Shown here one piece after another: positions 61,300-64,000 of a stretch of DNA of 64,000 nt (the first letter of the stretch is position 1; the number at the start of each line of letters is the position of its first letter). Source of the stretch: Squalus acanthias (Eukaryota); assembly GCA_030390025.1 (NCBI GenBank), contig CM059438.1, positions 33,666,001-33,730,000 of the forward strand, given 5' to 3'. The notes under the pieces are model-generated. The model was not told the origin of the DNA. It made no database searches and worked only from the letters and a program-made list of their open reading frames with translations. The position numbers and the translations under genes are program-made.

Positions 61300-63925
61300 A
61301 TTGCACCACACTCACTGACACACTTCACCGAGACACATTGCACCACACTCACTGACACACACTTCACCCAAACACAGTGCACCACACTCACTGACACACT
61401 TCACCCAAACACTTTGCACCACACTCACTGACACACTTCACCCAAACACATTGCACCACACTCACTGACACACACATCACCCAAACACATTGCACCACAC
61501 TCACTGACACACATCACCCAAACACATTGCACCACGATCACTGACACACTACATCCAAACACATTGCACCACACTCACTCACACACACTTCACCCAGAAA
61601 CATTGCACCACACTCACTGACACACTTCACCCAGACACATTGCATCACACTCACTGACACACATCACCCAAACACATTGCACCACACTCACTGACACACT
61701 TCACCCAAATACATTGCACCACACTCACTGACACACTTCACCCAAACACATTGCACCACACTCACTGACACACATCACCCAAACACATTGCACCACACTC
61801 ACTCACACACTTCACCCAAACACATTGCACCACACTCACTCACACACATCACCCAAACACATTGCACCACACTCACTAACACACACATCACCCAAACACA
61901 TTGCACCACACTCACTGACACACATCACCCAAACACATTGCACCACACTCACTGACACACATCACCCAAACACATTGCACCACACTCACTGACACACATC
62001 ACCCAAACACATTGCACCACACTCACTAACACACACATCACCCAAACACATTGCACCACACTCACTGACACACATCACCCAAACACATTGCACCACACTC
62101 ACTGACACACATCACCCAAACACATTGCACCACACTCACTGACACACATCACCCAAACACATTGCACCACACTCACTAACACACACATCACCCAAACACA
62201 TTGCACCACACTCACTGACACACATCACCCAAACACATTGCACCACACTCACTGACACACACATCACCCAAACACATTGCACCACACTCACTGACACACA
62301 CATCACCCAAACATATTGCACCACACTCACTGACACACACTTCACCCAAACACATTGCACCACACTCACTGACACACATCACCTAAACACATTGCACCAC
62401 ACTCACTGACACACATCACCCAAACACATTGCACCACACTCACTGACACACACATCACCCAGACACATTGCACCACACTCACTGACACACACTTCACCCA
62501 AACACATTGCACCACACTCACTGACACACACTTCACCCAAACACATTGCACCACACTCACTGACACACACATCACCCAAACACATTGCACCACACTCACT
62601 GACACACACTTCACCCAAACACATTGCACCACACTCACTGACACACACTTCACCCAAACACATTGCACCACACTCACTGACACACACTTCACCCAAACAC
62701 ATTGCACCACACTCACTGACACACACTTCACCCAAACACATTGCACCACTGACTGACACACACATCACGCAAACACATTGCACCACACTCACTGACACAC
62801 TTCCGTTTCTCTTGCAAGCCAATGTGGCTCACAACTGGCATGAGCAGCAACAGACAGGCTGGGGCAAAGCACGGCTGCAGAACATGACCCAGATGGAGGA
62901 GACAGTGCTGCAGATAATTGGAGAGGCCGTCACCGAAGCTGTGGAGAGTGGTGAGGTTGAAAGCATTGATGATGATGGTACGCTCAAACCTAATCCTTCT
63001 TCTCACATCCCTCTTACCTCTCATGGCACAATCTCTTCTCACTTACAACCTGCTGATGGTGTAAGCATGCACATCTTGCTTTCCCCCCTCCCCTCACCAC
63101 AACCCAACCCTTGTGCCTTTCTCCTTTCAGATACCCAAGAACTGCCTGCAGCTCAGCCAGTGTGGGAAGAACTAGAGGAGAGAGTGAAGGAGAAGAAGAG
63201 GCACCATCACTCAATCTGACACTCCCAGGCACCAACTCAGAAAATGGCACTATGCGAACTTTAGAGGGTAGTATAGAGGCGGGATCTGCACGTGGTGAGT
63301 CACTGGGCACGAGTGGGCTACGGCCAAGCCGGGGGGAAAGGGTAGCCCAGGTGCCAGCTCCTCGGAGGGCGAGTTCGCACACGAGTTCTGCTGCACAGAA
63401 ATCAGATGAGGACTTCGATGGGGCGGCCTTCAGAAGAAAGGTGATGAGCATGCACACAGAACTGCTTGGTGCAATGGCAGGCCTGCCAGAGAGCCTCTTG
63501 TCACTGCTAACGAGCATGGAGGAGTCCGGCTCCAATACTGCACGGGGCTTTGTGTGGAGCTTGGAGCCCATGATTTCCAGGATGGAAGTGATGGGGCAGC
63601 TCCATTAGAGAACTTGTGGATCCAACCTTGATCCTGGGTGTGATGGGCGATGTCGCAGCTTCCATTGCAGCACAAGTGGAAGCGACCCAACGTCTGAGTG
63701 CTGCAGTGGAAGCTCAGACTTCCGCCATGTAGGTTCAGCTTGCTGCCACGCAAGCTCAGACTGCTGCCATCATGGCTGAGTTTACGAATGTGGAAAGGGG
63801 ATTGCAGGGTCTCACAGCAGTCCAGCAATCTGTCCTCCAACAGATGGGTAAGAATACTGAGGCGCCGCCCCAAGGGAGTGGCAGTTGTTCCGTGGAGCAA
63901 GAACCTGCTGTCCTCTCTCAGGATT

Positions 63926-64000
63926 GAGAGGTCGCACAACACCAGGTTATAGTCCAACAGTTTTATTTGAAATCACAAGCTTTCGGAACTATCGCTCCTT
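63926..64000 (-). mobile_element. Probable terminus of a Penelope-like element, cut by the window edge
   Basis: Abrupt switch from Myb exon 3 to CACAACACCAGGTTATAGTCCAACAG...AAGCTTTCGGA, resembling a shark Penelope-type repeat end as I recall it. Confidence 0.5.

Larger units (their letters stand above)
53688..62803. repeat. 37/39-bp tandem satellite (CACCCAAACACATTGCACCACACTCACTGACACAC[AC]WT), roughly 200 units, interrupted at 59779-61299
   Basis: Directly visible; two blocks, 53688-59778 and 61300-62803. Confidence 0.98.
49295..63925 (+). mobile_element. Older Harbinger element C (left end and Myb pseudogene), inflated by a CR1, a satellite and MITEs; right end not in the window
   Basis: GGGGACAAAATT end at 49295; Myb exon 1 is split by a CR1; exons 2-3 at 62818-63925 resemble the copy A/B Myb (MHTELLGAM, EAQT, QQSVLQQ). 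Confidence 0.82.
49538..63925 (+). pseudogene. Myb/SANT-like pseudogene of Harbinger C: exon 1 49538-49708 plus 53419-53460, exon 2 ~62818-62977, exon 3 ~63131-63925
   Basis: MAQQGRERAPRFSDAAVEALV...RQWEEIA...RTWI | CQKKFNDLT*VVK|GTGAGT; ANVAHNWHEQQQTGWG; stops, frameshifts and a CAG>CAA acceptor change. Confidence 0.8.

Noticed and set aside
53688-62803. CRISPR-like array (37-bp repeat)
   Set aside because: Units are head-to-tail with no unique spacers, there are no cas genes, and the context is vertebrate.
53828-62822. Many ORFs of SVSVVQCVWVKC / ECGAMCLGDVC / HTSPKHIAPHSL repeats
   Set aside because: Translations of the 37/39-bp satellite; the frame shifts with unit length; no coding evidence.

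Overview
Eukaryotic (vertebrate, most likely cartilaginous fish/shark) genomic DNA made mostly of nested transposable elements. The only host-gene sequence I can recognise is the last coding exon of terminal deoxynucleotidyl transferase (DNTT/TdT; 43386-43472, minus strand, ending ...[15 protein letters not shown]). That makes 43473-64000 probably the last DNTT intron and 1-43385 downstream/intergenic. The window holds many CR1 LINEs (one near full-length with an intact esterase ORF1), one L2, two near-complete PIF/Harbinger transposons (spliced Myb/SANT gene plus HARBI1-like transposase; copy A looks fully intact), about ten non-autonomous Harbinger derivatives and an older Harbinger whose Myb intron has expanded into a ~7.6 kb 37/39-bp satellite. 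The most unusual item is a Gypsy-derived element at 2985-5589. It has three 194-bp LTRs, the outer two are inverted (TIR-like), it is flanked by a 5-bp TSD, it has an 11-nt self-complementary primer site instead of a tRNA PBS, and gag/PR/most of RT are deleted so that the putative gag ATG is fused to RNaseH-integrase. All coordinates were counted by eye; no alignments or database searches were run.
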